DNA of 64,000 nucleotides from Octopus vulgaris (taxonomy: Eukaryota). Below, one piece after another: positions 1 through 14,637 of the stretch; the first letter of the stretch is position 1, and each line of letters opens with the position of its first letter. The stretch lies in the NCBI GenBank assembly GCA_951406725.2, contig OX597815.1, positions 33,542,001-33,606,000 on the forward strand. Direction: 5' to 3'. The notes beneath the pieces were generated by a model. That model saw nothing but the letters and a program-made list of their open reading frames with translations. It ran no database searches and was not told where the DNA came from. The translations under genes were made by a program, and so were the position numbers.

Positions 1-1391
1 TGCAGCAGATAGAAATGAAATCTGACTTTTCTCACTTTCCTACTTTCCTTCAAAAATAACATATATTGATTAATGTCCCTGTCGGAAATCAATTCAATTA
101 ACCCTTCTGAATTGGTGATTTCCGTTACGATCCATTGACTTACAGTAAATACTAAAGCTTAGAAATCACGTCATTGGTTGTAAATATATATTGAAAACAA
201 TACCCTGGACTTTGCTAAACATAGTTGTTGGCTTAATTGAGCTGCTAAAGAAGCAATTATAATCAGCATCATTAGCAACAGTTTTATTATTGGTATTTTC
301 CCATACTAACAGAGAGGTCACAACATGGTTTTTCCAAACTTATTTTCTGCATTCCTTTTGATTTCATTGAAATTATTGCATGTATGCATCTGTAACTGAC
401 CTACATTTGCATTATTTACTTATCATTGTCGATTATCTAATTTACACTGTCTTTTTTATTAGCAAGCAATACTTAGAGGCTTTTAACATCCCAATGTCTA
501 CACATCTACCAAATCTACTTTGGTCCTTCATTACTAAGTCCTCTTATTTTGCTTTCTTTCAGTATCAGTTTTATCCTATAGATTTAAAAATCTTTTGGTC
601 CATACATCATACACTTCATCTTACTTATCGGGGAAAATCCTTACCACTCTTTGTACATAATTAGCCTAAATACAATTCTATAATTTCTTCTAACACTGAT
701 TTACCTTACCTATACTGGTAGCAAGTATTCATGTTGCTCAATGCCATATTCACTCTTCAAGGACTACCATCATTTCCTTCTTATACACTGATTGCATTGT
801 TTCTGCAGTATTAAATGTCTGTATGTTATTGTTTAAAATATTGAATAAAGAAAAGATACCTTATTGTTGCTCAGTAAATCTGATCGTGTATCAACTTTGT
901 TTCATGTTTTCTCTTATACCTTACCTCCCTCTGATAGAGTATGTAGATTTGTATAACTGAAAAAACAACTTGTTACAATTTTTACAAAGGCATATTCATT
1001 CTTTTACTTTACAAAGGCATAGAATAATTATATTTCCACTATAAGATATTTCCCTAAGGTCATAGATTGTTGTCACTCTGACCTTTATATTGTCTATTTT
1101 GATTTTAGTCTTTGACATTTTGTCTGTTATACAGTAGTTTCCTCTTTTAATTCCATCATCCTTACTTTATATAATGTAGTCTACATTAGTATTAACATCA
1201 TTATTTATTTTTCTCCACTATGTATAGTTCCATTTTTGTGTCTGAGTATTTTCTTTCAGTGCTACAAAGCATGGAAGATTTGATGAATGATAAAAACTGC
1301 ACAAGATAAAGCAAATTCGTCAAGAGTTTGTTGTAAAAATCTCTCCTACTGTACTCTAAACATTTTATTGTATATTTAAATTAACAGTACT

Positions 1392-1830
1392 ATCAATCAT
1401 TGTGAACTGGAGGTAATTCATGACTTCACACACTTTGGTTCCACCATCATGGACAATCTCTCCTTAGTGTCTGAGATTAACAGATGGATCAGAAGAGTCA
1501 CCCCAACACTCACCTGGATGACCAAGAGAGTCTTAGAGAATAGCAAATTGACAACACAGACTAAGGTTGTTAACAGAGCTGGCTTCCTCTGTACACTGCT
1601 TAACAGCTGTAAAAGTCAAAACTCCACTCCAGAGTAGTGTTGCAATACCTTCCACATCTTGAGATGCATCCTGGACATCAAGGGGATTGATTGGGTTCCT
1701 AACAATGAAGTCCTAACCTATGCTCAGATATGCAGCCTCTTCATACTACTCTAACAATGATGCCTATGTTGTCTGGGTTATGTTCACTACTCCCATGCCA
1801 GTCAGGATAATGAAAGACCTGTTGCTTGTG
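1392..1830 (+). mobile_element. Old RTE/BovB-like LINE fragment (RT C-terminal region), frameshifted
   Basis: Piecewise translation gives ELEVIHDFTHFGSTIMDNLSLVSEINRWI, MTKRVLENSKLTTQTKV, TLL, and LRCILDIKGIDWVPNNEVL. This is typical RTE 'FTYLGS..EINRRI..L...TK..YRA..ILGI.W.DRV.N.EVL'. Confidence 0.8.
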
Positions 1831-2040
1831 GAACTGACCTCTTATAGTCGGAGATAAATATAAGTAACTATGTTCAATTAATGAAACTACAAAGTAAAAG
1901 AAAACCAATTTTATTTCAAATTTAATGGTAAATTATATTAACTAGTTTTATCAAAACTTATTATTTTTACAACTATCAAAATGATAAAATTAACTAGACA
2001 AATAATATAGCTAATAAAAAAAAATTTTTTACTTTAGAAA

Positions 2041-2851
2041 TCATCATCATCATCGTTTAACGTCCGCTTTCCATGCTAGCATGGGTTGGACGATTTTGAC
2101 TGAGGGCTGGCGAACCAGATGGCTGCACCAGGCTCCAATCTTGATTTGGCCGAGTTTCTACAGCTGGATGCCCTTCCTAATGCCAACCACTCCGAGAGTG
2201 TAGTGGGTGCTTTTTACATGCCACCGGCACGGGGGCTAGTCAGGCGGTACTGGCAACGACCTCGCTTGAATTTTTTTACACATGCCACTAGCACAGGTGC
2301 CAGTAAGGCGACATTGGTAACGATCACGCTCGAATGGTGCCCTTTTATGTGCCACTGGCACAGAAGCCGGTTAGCCGCTCAGTCAATGGTCGCGCTCGTA
2401 TGGTGCTCTTTGCAACCTGCTAGTATGGACGCCTGTCATCGAATTTGATTTTTATTTTGATTGATTTCACTTGCCTCAACAGGTCTTCGCAAGCAGAGTT
2501 TTTGTGTCCAAAGAAGGAAAAGGTACGCATAAGTGGGCTGGTTACGCCCCTGGCATAGGCCATGAGATTATGGTTTCATTTGGCTTGCCGGGTCTTCTCA
2601 CACATGGCATATTTCCAAAGGTCTCGGTCACTAGTCATTTCCTTGGTGAGGCCTAAAGTTCGAAGGTCGTGCTTCACCACTTCATCCTAGGTCATCCTGG
2701 GTTTACCTCTTCCACAGGTTCCCTCAACTGCTAGGGTATGGCACTTTTTCACTCAGCTGTCCTCATCCATTCTTGCTAGATGACCATACCAGTGCAGTCG
2801 TCTCTCTTGCACACCACATCTGATGCTTCTTAGGTTCAACATTTCTCTCAA
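2041..2851 (-). mobile_element. 5'-truncated RTE LINE (end of ORF, 3' UTR, (GAT)n tail)
   Basis: Begins with (CAT)n CGTTTAACGTCCGCTTTCCATGCTAGCATGGGTTGG. Segment 2640-2850 is homologous to 54760-54970 and, as reverse complement, to 43940-44150 (VQERRL.WYGH..R, GRG.PR.T). Confidence 0.9.
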
Positions 2852-4644
2852 GAAAAAATAGGAAAAATATGTTCATTGTTTAATTCCTCAATGTTTATTG
2901 ATGTTAAGTATGAAAATCATCAAAAACTTTGTAAAGAAAGAGTATTTACTTGTCGCAAGAATATTATGGTAATGTAAAACAATTACTTAGAAGGCATTTT
3001 GAAATGATTAGTATTCTAAACAAACACTAGTAATATACCTCACTAATTTACTGTTGACATTAAGCAAAAATTAGCAGTCATAATTATTTAGTGGTGTTGC
3101 ATCAAGTCAATGTTAAGCTTATTGTTTTTTTAATAGAGACAGAGAGCCACTGAGCATGTTAAGAGGTGGGAGGGCATTGCTCTCATTAGAAGTTGGGACT
3201 AGGTGGAAGTTTAGAAAGAGGTGTGAAGAATCTGAGTCTTCCTGCTGAAGAAAAGTGCACCCACCAAAAAAATGGCACCAAGACAACCTTGGTAGATATT
3301 GCCTGCAACTGCTGCAGTTTGGGCTTCTGTATGTTCCTCTACAGACACTGTAAAAGCTACTACATTACTTGAACCAAAACTTACCAGATGCAAATCCCCG
3401 GATTTGTGAGATGAATGCTACAAATGACTGAATATCAATTATGCAGAAATTACCTGTATCTGAAAGTGCATTTGTAAAGTGTTTTTAAAATTTGAAACAT
3501 GGCAGAGTGGTCCTGGAGGTTAATTTTCCAAGACTAAAGTATTTTCAAGAAAAAAAAAGAAGAAAAAAAAACAGTTGGGGGAAGTAGTTGATGTTGATGT
3601 GGCCTGTGCTGACAATGGGTGTTCAAAAACTCATTTGATACTTAAGTAAACACTGAAACTATAATTATACTTAATATAATACTTTTCTTAATAGCATGTG
3701 CAGCTGTGGGCTTGAACTATGGATTACTTGTATGACCCTTGGAAATAATAGGGAGTTTCTGGCATCTTTAGTGCAGGATTTAGAGTTAAGGGTAACATTG
3801 TAACTAGAATTAGGGTTAAGAAGATAATAATTGCTGTCTCTGCTATCGATAAATGGATTTTCTCTCTATATGGAGGACAGATTACATGGGTATAAGAAAA
3901 AAACTGCTGACATATATAGAAGAAAGATAACGTCATTGGTATGGAACATGTTGAGTGAAAAAGGGATGATAGTGCTAAGGCCAAGGAACACCTGACAAAT
4001 AGTAGTTAGTTATGGTCATATTGAGTATGTAATATTGCAGACATATACAACAAATGCTAGGATGGAGAATTCATTAAAACAATCTTCATTAATATACTGC
4101 TCTAATTTTTTTTTCCAAAAAAAAAAAAAGAAAAAAGAAAATTTATATAGACTGCAAGATATTCTAAATAGCATATCAACAAGGAATGGTGCCAAAATGA
4201 TGAATGTAACTATTGAAAGAAATACAGACCATTGCATTCCAAAAATTAGTTGGTCACAAGTTCTGATACTTTCAATATTTTGTATTATTGTATAACCCTA
4301 CCTCTATAGATGAGGCATGTGATCATATAATTTCATTACATTCTTCTAATGACTAAAAGCAGCATATAATGAGTTAGAGAGAGGCCTTTCAGGCAAACAT
4401 GTTATTTTCAGATTGTTTCAATTTCTCAAAATGAAAGTACGATGACAGTTGTATAGCATAATTGAGGTTTTATGCATAACAAAAGGTCATAGTTTAGAGT
4501 TAGAAATAGGGTTGCCATGACAAACTTAGTGATAAAATCATGATATACCATATGACACTGATTAAGTTTCTGTCTGTGTGTTTTTCACACACTTGTATAT
4601 ATACATATATGTATATAAATTGATGCAGACATTATTTCAAGTCA

Positions 4645-5030
4645 AGGTACAGTCATAGCTGTAGTTAAGAAGTTTGTTTCTTAACCATATCCTTTTGGGT
4701 ATAGTCCCATTGAATGGCACCTTGGGCATGTGTCTTTTACTATAGCCCTGGGCCCACCAAAGTCTTGTGAGTGGATTTGATAGACAGAATCTGAAGCTTG
4801 TCATGAATATGTGTGTGTGTGTTTGTATCCTGTTGTTTTGGCCGTGTGTGATTGTTGCAAATGAATGTCATTCATTTCTAATATTCTCTGAGAATATGTC
4901 TGACTATGGGAAAATGTTACCTTGCTTAGAAAAAGGTATGGGTTGACAGTTGCAAGAGTATCTGTCTAGAAAATCTGCTCTAAACTCTGTGTAACCAATG
5001 CATGTGTGGAAAAGTGGATGTTAAAATGAT
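4645..5030 (+). mobile_element. tRNA-derived SINE, head B with RTE-like tail
   Basis: Head homologous to the reverse complement of 54390-54550 (AGTCCCA..GGCACCTTGGGC..GTGTCTT..TATAGCC..GTGAGTGGATTTG). Followed by (TG)n and a tail ending GGAAAAGTGGATGTTAAAATGAT, like the RTE 3' end. Confidence 0.8.
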
Positions 5031-6589
5031 AGCTGTGAGTAAAGTCATTCTTTGGCTGCTTACACTTTACACCATAATAGATCTATCTGATGTAGCCTAT
5101 ATATAATTTGATACTGTCTTTAGTCTAATGCTAGACTTTGGGATCTGCTTCAAAAGGAGTGAAGTTTTAATTAATCAACTTAAAGGCAAACAACGTTTGT
5201 AAAATTGCTTTGTGACACTAATAACTGGAGAGTTATGTTTATGATTGAGAGTGTGAGTCAACTGTAGAGAGCAGAACCCTTAATTTGGGGTATTAGTGTT
5301 CATGCCCTCATTTCAAATCCTATTATTCTATGGTCCAGAAATGCCAGTCAGTATGCCCTAAGTGTGTGTGTGTGTGTGAAGCTTGTAATCTTTTAAGTGA
5401 TCAAATTTATTCAGGCAAAAAAGAAATTACGAAAAAATAAATTCTACTGAAATTATTTCACTTTGTTTTAAAATTCAAATATTTTGAATGTGAAATATAA
5501 TTATGAGACTATGGATGACTAAATTACAAGAGGTATATAGTCCATTGTTTGTATTATAGTGCATTGTTGTACCATTCAAAACTTTTTATTCTTTACAAAC
5601 AATACACAATGCTTCAAGCGAACTACAATACCCTCCTATAATTTAGCATGTTATTTTCATACTTTTGAGTTAGATGGTTTTGAAGTTTGTATAACCTTAA
5701 TCAGGACAGCATTGGCAGCTGTTGCATATTTGTGGCCTTATCCCATTACATAGTTCAGTCTACACAGCAGTAAAACTATCAATACATTTATCTATTAACC
5801 AATAAAGAAGTTACTATTTTGTGTCAGCCCAAGTCAGAAAATCAAATAGTTAACATCAGTATTTCAGTTTAACAAAACCCTTTCATTCAAATATAGAAAA
5901 ATTTTTTTAAATTGTTGTAATCGAAATTGATTTAATGATGAAATTGTAAAAAGAAGAATTTAGTTTAAAATTAGTTGTTTTTGTTGTTGCTGTTGTTTAA
6001 ACCTATTCGTCTCTACATAAGTAGATAGATATATGATGTAGAGTTATATAATCATGGTCTGATTCCCCTGTCTGCGATACATAGAACCTCAGTGTCTACT
6101 CAGGTATTGGTGTCACAAATAGCCAGTGGGTCTATTAGAAAAATAATAGGGAGAGAAGCAATATTAATACTAAAAGTGGCTGTGTTTTGAAGGATGCCTG
6201 CCATTGAGGAAGGAGAAATCATGTGATCTGGCAGTTCCAACAGCTGCAGTGGTCAGTTATTGCTTGACAGTGTTAAAAACATGAATGCTTTTATGTACCA
6301 CAAGTCCATATGAAAGGTCCTATTGTGGTAAGTAATGCCATATTCTGTGTTCTAACACAACAGCCACTTTTAGTGGAAGATAAATATTACCTTTTGGTAT
6401 TAATACTGCTTCTGTCACTAGTAATTATAATTACTTATTCTTTCCAAATTTTATACCAGAATTGCTGAGTTTCCATAAATTTTCTATTTTGTTGTGATGT
6501 TTCTCTCCACACTTTCTTAAATTTTTAAAACTACTTCTGTTAAAAACAAATAGGCAAACAAAAATAAAAACTTGACAGTGAGTGAGTGA

Positions 6590-6602
6590 GATAGATAGAT
6601 AA

Positions 6603-6651
<49 letters not shown>

Positions 6652-6685
6652 GTGTATGTGTATGCACATGTGAGAGAGAGAGAGA
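6590..6685. repeat. Compound microsatellite (GATA)n(GA)n(TG)n
   Basis: Directly visible. Confidence 0.95.
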
Positions 6686-9634
6686 AGAAGAAACTTTAAA
6701 TGGTTTTTACAATTAGTAACATTACATAGCAGGCTATGAGAATGGGTTTAGTCAACTTTGTTAACAGTGGGGTTGATTTTATCTTTACCATCTCTATTCT
6801 TCAAAACTCTTCTCAAAATGTTCAGAGTAACAGTATCTTGATTTACAAGGTAGGTGAGGTAATGGTTTGTATGGAAATAAATCATTGTAGAGAATGTTTA
6901 TTCTCACTAATTTCCATCCCCACCCTCAAAAGTGAAAATGTGTTATGATGTATACTGTGTTATCAACAGGTATTTATGCTGGAACAGATGCTGCTGTTGT
7001 TTTTTCATTTTATTAGTATTTCCATATGTTTCACAGCTTTTTTGCAACTGCAAACAAATTTATGAGACCTTTGAGTAAAGATGATTTTCTGACAACAACA
7101 ATATGATAACCTGAGAATGATAACAGGAAGAATCAAACGTAGAGTAATCTTAATTTACTGAAGACTCAGTGCTGTATCTGTGTCAGTTTAGACTGAAATG
7201 CTTTTCACTAAACCACATGCTGAACATGTTTTAATTATGATCAGATCAGCAAGAGTGCTTTGGTGACTACAGACAGGTTTTCCTAAGAAACAAATTCAAA
7301 CAAAGAAGATAGTCCTGTATTTTTTAAAAATGTGGCATTTGGCATTTGTTTTTCCCAGAGATCAACTAGATGTTACCTACTCCTGTTCTTGAATGCATCA
7401 AGGTGTACTTGAACTGTTCAATGCTGATCTAGTACAAATTGGATAAGCTAAAGAATGTTTTAAGGTGTGTTAAAATAGGAAACTATGGTTTTATAAATTG
7501 GTTTCATAAGTGAGCAGTCAATGACATTTAACTACAGAAGTTAGGAATTTTGTTGGTTGGGGTTTTTTTCTTGCTACCAGCTGATTTTTTTAAAAATGAA
7601 TTTTGATTTTACTAGTCAGAGAAGGGAAAGCAGTACTTATAACCCTTGCGGACACAACCAGATTGATGCAGTTGATGTTCAATTATAACATTTGCAAGTT
7701 ACATCCTACATGATAAATGAGGGGAGAGAGGTAATACCAGAAGGTTGAAGTTCTAGAGTTTTATGTCACATCAGAGAGGTGAAACATTAAAGGGATGATG
7801 AGTGGAGGAGAGATGACTGTTGGGTTGGCCCTGTTGCCCTCTTAACTACTATTATGAAAGATGTTATTTATGAAATGCGTATCTCCATTGTTCATAGCAT
7901 TTGACAACTGGTACCTGAGAATAATATTCTGTTTGCACATGTGCAGTAGATCAATGAGGCAATTACCATGTTATGTTTATATTAAGCTACTATTGTTTGT
8001 ACTCAAGTCGATATTCAGCAGAAATCTTCGACTATGCTATCATTAATTTAGCTGTAATCTTTTGTTGGTGGCACTTGGGTTGTGGGTAACAAAAGAGATG
8101 ACTGTCTATCATCTCCAGCCTGAATCTGTGACTTTTGTTAACGGAATGTTTAGTGGGTGTATGTTCAACTGTAGAAGCTGTCTAAGCCAACCTAGTCAAA
8201 ATTGTAAATTCACTAGCTCTGATTAGAGTGAGAATAAATACCATAATGCATTAAAAAAAAAAGGGCTTATCAAAATGTTCTTCTTTCAGTACCATCTCAC
8301 TCTTGCTTTGTTTCATTGTCTTTTCTTTCATCTCTTTTTTTTTTTTTGTTTTATAACTCTCTTCTCTTGCAGTCACATTTTCTCTTTTGAAGCTATCTCT
8401 ATCTGCTATAATAGATATGTATAATCACATTCTAACTATTTTACAGTTAGTTGTTTAAAACTGTTTCATCAATTGTTGAAACAGTTTTTGTATTAGTCAG
8501 GTGATAGCCATTACATTTTACAAGAAAGAGCAATATAATATTGAACAATGCTATAATATTTGCACAAAACAAAGAATCATTATCATTCTTATCATAAAAG
8601 TGTCTTTTTCAAAATAGTATGTTGGTGGCTATTGTAGAGCATCAGATGAATTCATTACACTATTTGGTCTACAGCTATAATTGACTTAACCTTTCATCAT
8701 TATGAGGTTAATAAAGTAAGAACCAGTAATGTATTTAGTCATTTCAATTGATTATACACCTCGGGGCTAAAAATTTACTTTGTAGCTAACCAAAACAAGT
8801 AATTATTGTTTTGTTTGAGTGTTTGCATCATAGCTGTGCAACCAAATCAAAATCTTGAATTTAAAGATGTTTGACTGAAAAGTTTATCCCTACATAATTT
8901 GTTAAACAAGCTTTGAACAGGAGTAAAATCAAAAATGTTGAAATCAAAATTTACTAGCAGCTTATTGTGGGAACAGCAGTGCTTCTACCAAATCCTCTTT
9001 CGTAAAAGCCTGAAAATCTGATTTGGTTTTTTTTCTGTGCATTTAACAATCAAATTAACTTCTGTTAAAATTGAAATTTTGTCATTTATATAACTAAGCT
9101 TGAGTCAAAATCGGTATGTTTTAGTTTGTTTTAAATTTGATAACCTAATAAAGAAAAATAATTGGTGTAACCGCACACGTGTGCACATTCAATTACCTAC
9201 ACAATTCATACGAAAAAAAGAAAATTATATACAACTTCCTAGAGGTTACATTCAAATTGAGTTCTAAAGTAAACCCTGATTGTAAGCTGGAATCGTGCAA
9301 TTAGTATATTTGAACCAAACCCTAATGGCTAGTCAGCTTTCTTTCTTTCAATGAAATACAATAAAGAATAGCAGTTTAATATTAGCTTATTCTTTGAAAA
9401 ACTTTTTAAAATTGGCTACATTGATTTCCTCTAAAGCATATTTTCTTTTGTTCTTGTGAACTTGTTGACTTCATGCCAAACTTTTTAAAAATTGAACAGT
9501 GCTGAATGCTCACCAGCTGTAACTAGATTATAATAATGTTGTATTTATGAATGGTGAAATAATAACTACAATATATGTATACATATATAATAATTTAAGT
9601 CCATTTTTTCAATTTTTTTTTCTTTTTTATCTAG

Positions 9635-9706
9635 GTGATATTACCCAGAAAGGATATGAAAAGAAAAGGAACCGTTTGTTGGAGCCTTACAGAAAAAATG
9701 AATCAG
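9635..9706 (+). CDS. DIP2: DIP2 homologue, internal coding exon (C-terminal part of DMAP1-binding domain), probably exon 2
   Basis: Polypyrimidine tract plus ctag acceptor ending at 9634; GTATTT donor at 9707; 72 nt, phase 1/1. Translates (G)DITQKGYEKKRNRLLEPYRKNES, matching the DIP2A/B/C N-terminal signature LELSE-GDITQKGYEKKR. The exon encoding LAELELELSE was not found, so it probably lies upstream of the window. Confidence 0.93.
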
Positions 9707-10762
9707 GTATTTTTTTATTTTATAAAGTGCTACTCATAGCAAGTTATGCTACTCATAACAAATTATTTTCCCAGGTAAATTGATAAGCAAATTCTTAACT
9801 TCATTTTTTTAATGAGAGTGCATTTAAAACAGTTGCACTTTCATACAGGTTATGTTTGTCTCAATTTTATTTCATAAAACAGTTTATCTATAAAAAGCAA
9901 AAAACAAGAACACCCCCAAATAAGACTAATCACACACATAGTTTGAGCCATCTATTTTGCTGATATTTATTAAACTACTAAATTGGTTCCTAAACGAATA
10001 TAATAACCATATGGCTGCAGGACTATTATACAGATAATTCGATGTATTATTAAAGAATACAATGTTTTCGATTATGCAAATTATTATACCAATGAAATAT
10101 TTTTTTATTTGTAAATTATATATATTTTGCTCTATAGCATGATGATGACTTATTTATATCATAGCAGAGTAGAATTGTATTTTAATTCATTCCAGTTTTA
10201 ATGATTACTAAACAAAGTCAGTGATTACTTTACATGATATTGTATAAGTTTTTTTTTCTAGATATTTTTTAATTATGATATAAATAAAAAAAGTTTTAAC
10301 AAAGCATTCACTGAAAAAATAATAAAAAAGTCAACAGCAAAGCATTAATTTCAAAGTTTACATTGTTTTTGCAGCTAGCATTGAACAGAAAGAAAGAAAT
10401 TATAATTCAGAGAAACAAATGATAAGGTTGTGTATGTGTGTATGTGTCTTTCTCATAAAGAAGTAAACCATGTGACTGCTTAATAAAATCTTAAAATTAG
10501 TATAGTGTGACTAGATTGTGCAACAAAAATTTTATTAATAACCTAAAAGAGAGAACCCCAGTTAGAACTATAACTGCCTTATTTTCTACTGTTGTAAATG
10601 AATATGTAAATGAATATGTGGGAAGAATATATAGAAGGTATTCAATAGTGCCGAGTTATGTAGAGAAATTCTTTGCTGTTTTGATAAAATAGTCAAGAAC
10701 AACAAATTGAAGATGTTTGTGTATCTTGCCATTAGGATAGTATGTGGGGGGGGGACAACAAA

Positions 10763-10803
<41 letters not shown>

Positions 10804-10957
10804 CCCTATGGTTGTGTAATATTAGCATCCTAAGTTAACTGAATGAAAAATATCATTATTATACATATAAAAACTATTGAGAATTGTGAACCCTGAGAAT
10901 CAATTCCCAAATATATTTGTGGAAATATCAAACATATCTGTTTGAATTAGAATAGCT

Positions 10958-11186
10958 TTAACTCTTTAGCATTCAGATTATTCTGTCAAATGTAATGTTT
11001 ATTTATTCACATTGTTTTGAATTAATCTTGCATTATCTCATAGCTTTGAGTTTTCAGTGATGTGATTGTTTATTTTTAGAATGACATTGTAGGTTGGGTG
11101 TGAAAGGCTGGACCTGGCTGGTTTTGAACATAAAACAGGTAGAATATTTGGGCTGAATATGGCTGGTTTAAATGCTAAAGGGTTAA
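10958..11186. mobile_element. TTAA-flanked MITE (piggyBac-like ends), copy 1
   Basis: Ends TTAA-CTCTTTAGCATT ... AATGCTAAAGGG-TTAA are inverted repeats. A homologous copy lies in opposite orientation at 28563-28789. Confidence 0.85.
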
Positions 11187-11344
11187 TTTAATAGTTTGCA
11201 CTGAGTGGTTGTTACACCTGTTTCTTATAAATGAAAGTAGCAAGTCCAGTGGAGCATTACAAATGTATAAGTATTTGGCATTCATGAGCTGCACTCACCC
11301 GCCACCATCATTGCCTCATCATTATCATTATCATCACCATCCCC

Positions 11345-11827
11345 AAGCATGACTATGGTTAAAATATTTGCTTCATAACCATGTAGTTTCGGGTTCAATC
11401 CCAGTGTGGCACCATAGGCAAGTGTCATCTACCATAGCCACAAGTTGACCAATATCTTGTGAAAGAATTTGATAGACAGAAACTTTGTAGGAGTTTATTA
11501 TGTTTGATCATTGATTCATTTTATGCCCATTTTTCCATGCTAGCATGGGTTGGACAAATATATGTTGGGGCTTTGTTTTACAGCTGGCTGTCCTTCCTGT
11601 TGCTAACTCTTACTTGCTTTGCAAGAAATGGACTTTTTTATTCCACTTGTCAAAATCAGAGCTACTAAGAAATATTATCTTCCCCTGTAACTTAGAGATT
11701 CAGCAAAAAAGACTGAGAGAATAAGTAGAAAGCTTACCAAAACTAAGTACATTCAACTAAAGGTTCTTCAAGGTGGTTCCCTTGCATGGCTGCAGTCTAA
11801 TGATTGAAACAAGTAAAAGATAAAAGA
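11345..11827 (+). mobile_element. SINE head B with GAAACAAGTAAAAGA-type tail, interrupted by an antisense RTE-tail fragment (~11515-11620)
   Basis: B-box GGGTTCAATCCC at ~11391. Tail CCCCTGTAACTTAG..GCATGGCTGCAGTCTAATGATTGAAACAAGTAAAAGA matches the reverse complement of 54090-54240. Confidence 0.75.
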
Positions 11828-14637
11828 TAATGTTAGTTTTTCTTTGGTGCAGCATATTTTATGCAAGGTCACAGAATGTGAACAGACACAGATATACATG
11901 TGTGCACACACACACACAACACACACACAACAAATTCCCACACAGTTTCTGTTTCCCAGTTTCACCTGCAATGTATTTATCAGCTCAATGACCACAGCGG
12001 AAGAGACTTCTTCAAGGTGCTACACACTGAGACAGAATTCAAAATTATGTGGTAATAAAATGAATTCTCTATCTACATTGGCATGGCTGCACATGCACAC
12101 ACATACACACACACACATCTGCACATATATGTTTAAAAAATTTTGTTCACTGTCCATTTTCTCCATGCTTGCATAGGTCAGATGTTGTTGAGGCAGGTTT
12201 TGTATGGTTGCGTGATCAGCTATAGAAATGTGTGTGTGTGAGTGCACGTACATGTATGTGTATGTTTACATTGGTCTACTGTTTGTTTTGTGTCCTTTTA
12301 TGTCCCACAACTTAGTGATTTAACAAATAGAGATCATCAAAAATAAGTACCAGAGAGACACCTCCTTCGCAGTTAAAAGTTCTGAAGGTGGTGTCTTTCC
12401 ATGGCTGTAGCCTAGTGACTGAGATCAGTAATAACTATATAAAAGAGTGGAAAAAATTATTAGATTTGAAATTATTTTCCACGTTTGTGTAGGTTGTGTT
12501 CACTTAATCATATTTTTCATCAGTGTAACAAAGGTTTTGTTTCCTTAGTGAATTCCACTTCTGATGTCAACTATATGTCATGTCAATTAAAAATGATAAA
12601 TGAAAATTATGAAGAATGTCAAGTTAACCAACATAGCTAAAATGAGTAATATTATAGAAGTTATATGTATATAAATATGAACAAAATAAGGACACTATGA
12701 ACTGAAATTTTAATGTTACAGTGCTGTGCAATGAGTGCGTATACAAGTGGCACTCTGGTGATTAACATGCATTCACAGCTTATTCATTTAATTTATCAAA
12801 GTATTAACAGTATACAGTATCTTCAGTAAGGAATAATAGGAAAACTTGCAGAGGTGAGTGAATTAGTGTTTTACAAGAAAAAGATTAACTGACATCAGTG
12901 GAAAGGTTAGAGAAATCCTGTTCTCATTTTATTTTTAAAACGTGGTGAAGTGTAGTTTGTTACAAGTTATAACTTTTTTTAGAAATTATAAAAAAATAGC
13001 ATTGGGTGCTATTCAGATGAACTAACAATTGAGCTTAGCATTCATTATTCATTGGAATGTGGTAGAAGAACAATTTGAGATATGTTAAAAATATTTTTGC
13101 ATTTCCTGAATATTTCTGTATTTGTAGAAATGTTTATTATGTAACCTTTTCAGCATTTCACATTAGTTCAATACTTTCTTTGTAATTCATTTTGCTCTTA
13201 AAATAGAAAGCCTTAAAAACTACAATATTTGGCAACCAAATTGCTACATACTATTCTCCATTTCTGGTCTCTACCTGTCAATGTTTCTTCAGACTAGTGC
13301 CTTTTTTCTTGGCGTTACCATCAAATGGTGGTTTATGAAGAGATTTTGGTGTAAATTCCTTAACACTTTTGAACTTTTATTGAATTATAATGTCAGAATA
13401 TTTGGAAATTCCTAATTTTATATGCTCATTATCATTATTTTTCTAATATACTAGTCTGAAAAATTTGCTCTTAAGTAAGTTTAACTTGTGTACTTTTCTG
13501 TTTAAACCCATCATCTGATCCTTTGGTGCTCTCGGCAAAGATCAGTCTGTTGTGTATCTAGATCAGGCCTTTGGCTCTCTCCTCATACATGTCTTTCCTG
13601 CAGGCATTAACCTACAAGCTAATCCTCAATCACATCAATCTCACTACTTTGGAAGGACCAATAAAGATCATGGATATTAAACCTCCTCCCTTGACTAATT
13701 ACATACAAAATTTAGATTTCTTTCTTTTTAGTGAATAGGGATTTTATGTTGTTAAGAAGCATGTGTTTTATTTTCTGTTTGATAACTTTTCAAAATATGC
13801 CACTTCTAAAATAGTAGTTAATGAAATAGTAATTCCAATGTATTATTATTATTGTATAGCAGTGTGTATGTTCAAATAATAACATGTCAAACAAATATAT
13901 ATTCCTGCTTTTCTAAAAATAAGCAGTAGAAACTGTAGAGAGAACACTGCATATAAATTTTAAAATTAATTCACTCATTACAGTGTTGATTTATGACTCA
14001 TGATATTGATTTATGACTTTTCACTGAAATACAAAGAATTCATTCATGAGATTTTTCATCTGACTTGTGAATCATAAATTTGTGTTGGTAATTGAAGCCC
14101 TGGATTCAAGCTAAATTATTTGAGAGTAACAGAGAAGCTGGTAAAATACAAGCAGAGTGACAGTTTAGTTGTATTCTGCTCATGCATACTTGTATGGTCC
14201 AGCATCTCTTGCACAAATGTATTGATTCTTTTCTAACATTTGAAAAGACTGTAGTTGGGCTGTATAGGAGACGTAAGCTTACTCAGGTTAACCTAAAAAC
14301 ACTAACCAAGAGTTATCTAAACAAATAAAAATTTATTTATTTTTTAACTTGTGCCAGCACCTACCAGTTGAATTGTCAATATGCCAGAGCTTGTCTATTT
14401 AAAAGATGACATATTTTCATGTTGAGGTAATGTGCTTCCCTGTTGAGTATAGATAAATAAATAAATCCATACTCTTCTTCAGCCACCTCATCATAAGTAG
14501 GTGCTGCAATGTAGAAACAATTCTCTCACTGTAAACCAAGTGACATTTTCGCTCCTTGCCATACTGAGTTCAACTCCTCCTATGGGTGTGGGAAGGTTAA
14601 AGGAAACCTATTCCACTGTGATTTTCCCTTCATATTG

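Noticed and set aside
3095-3645. Possible internally deleted mariner
   Set aside because: Only faint HTH-like and C-terminal resemblance; TIRs not convincing.
9547-9783. 78 aa ORF as a stand-alone gene
   Set aside because: Only 9635-9706 is protein-like; the rest is read-through of intron.
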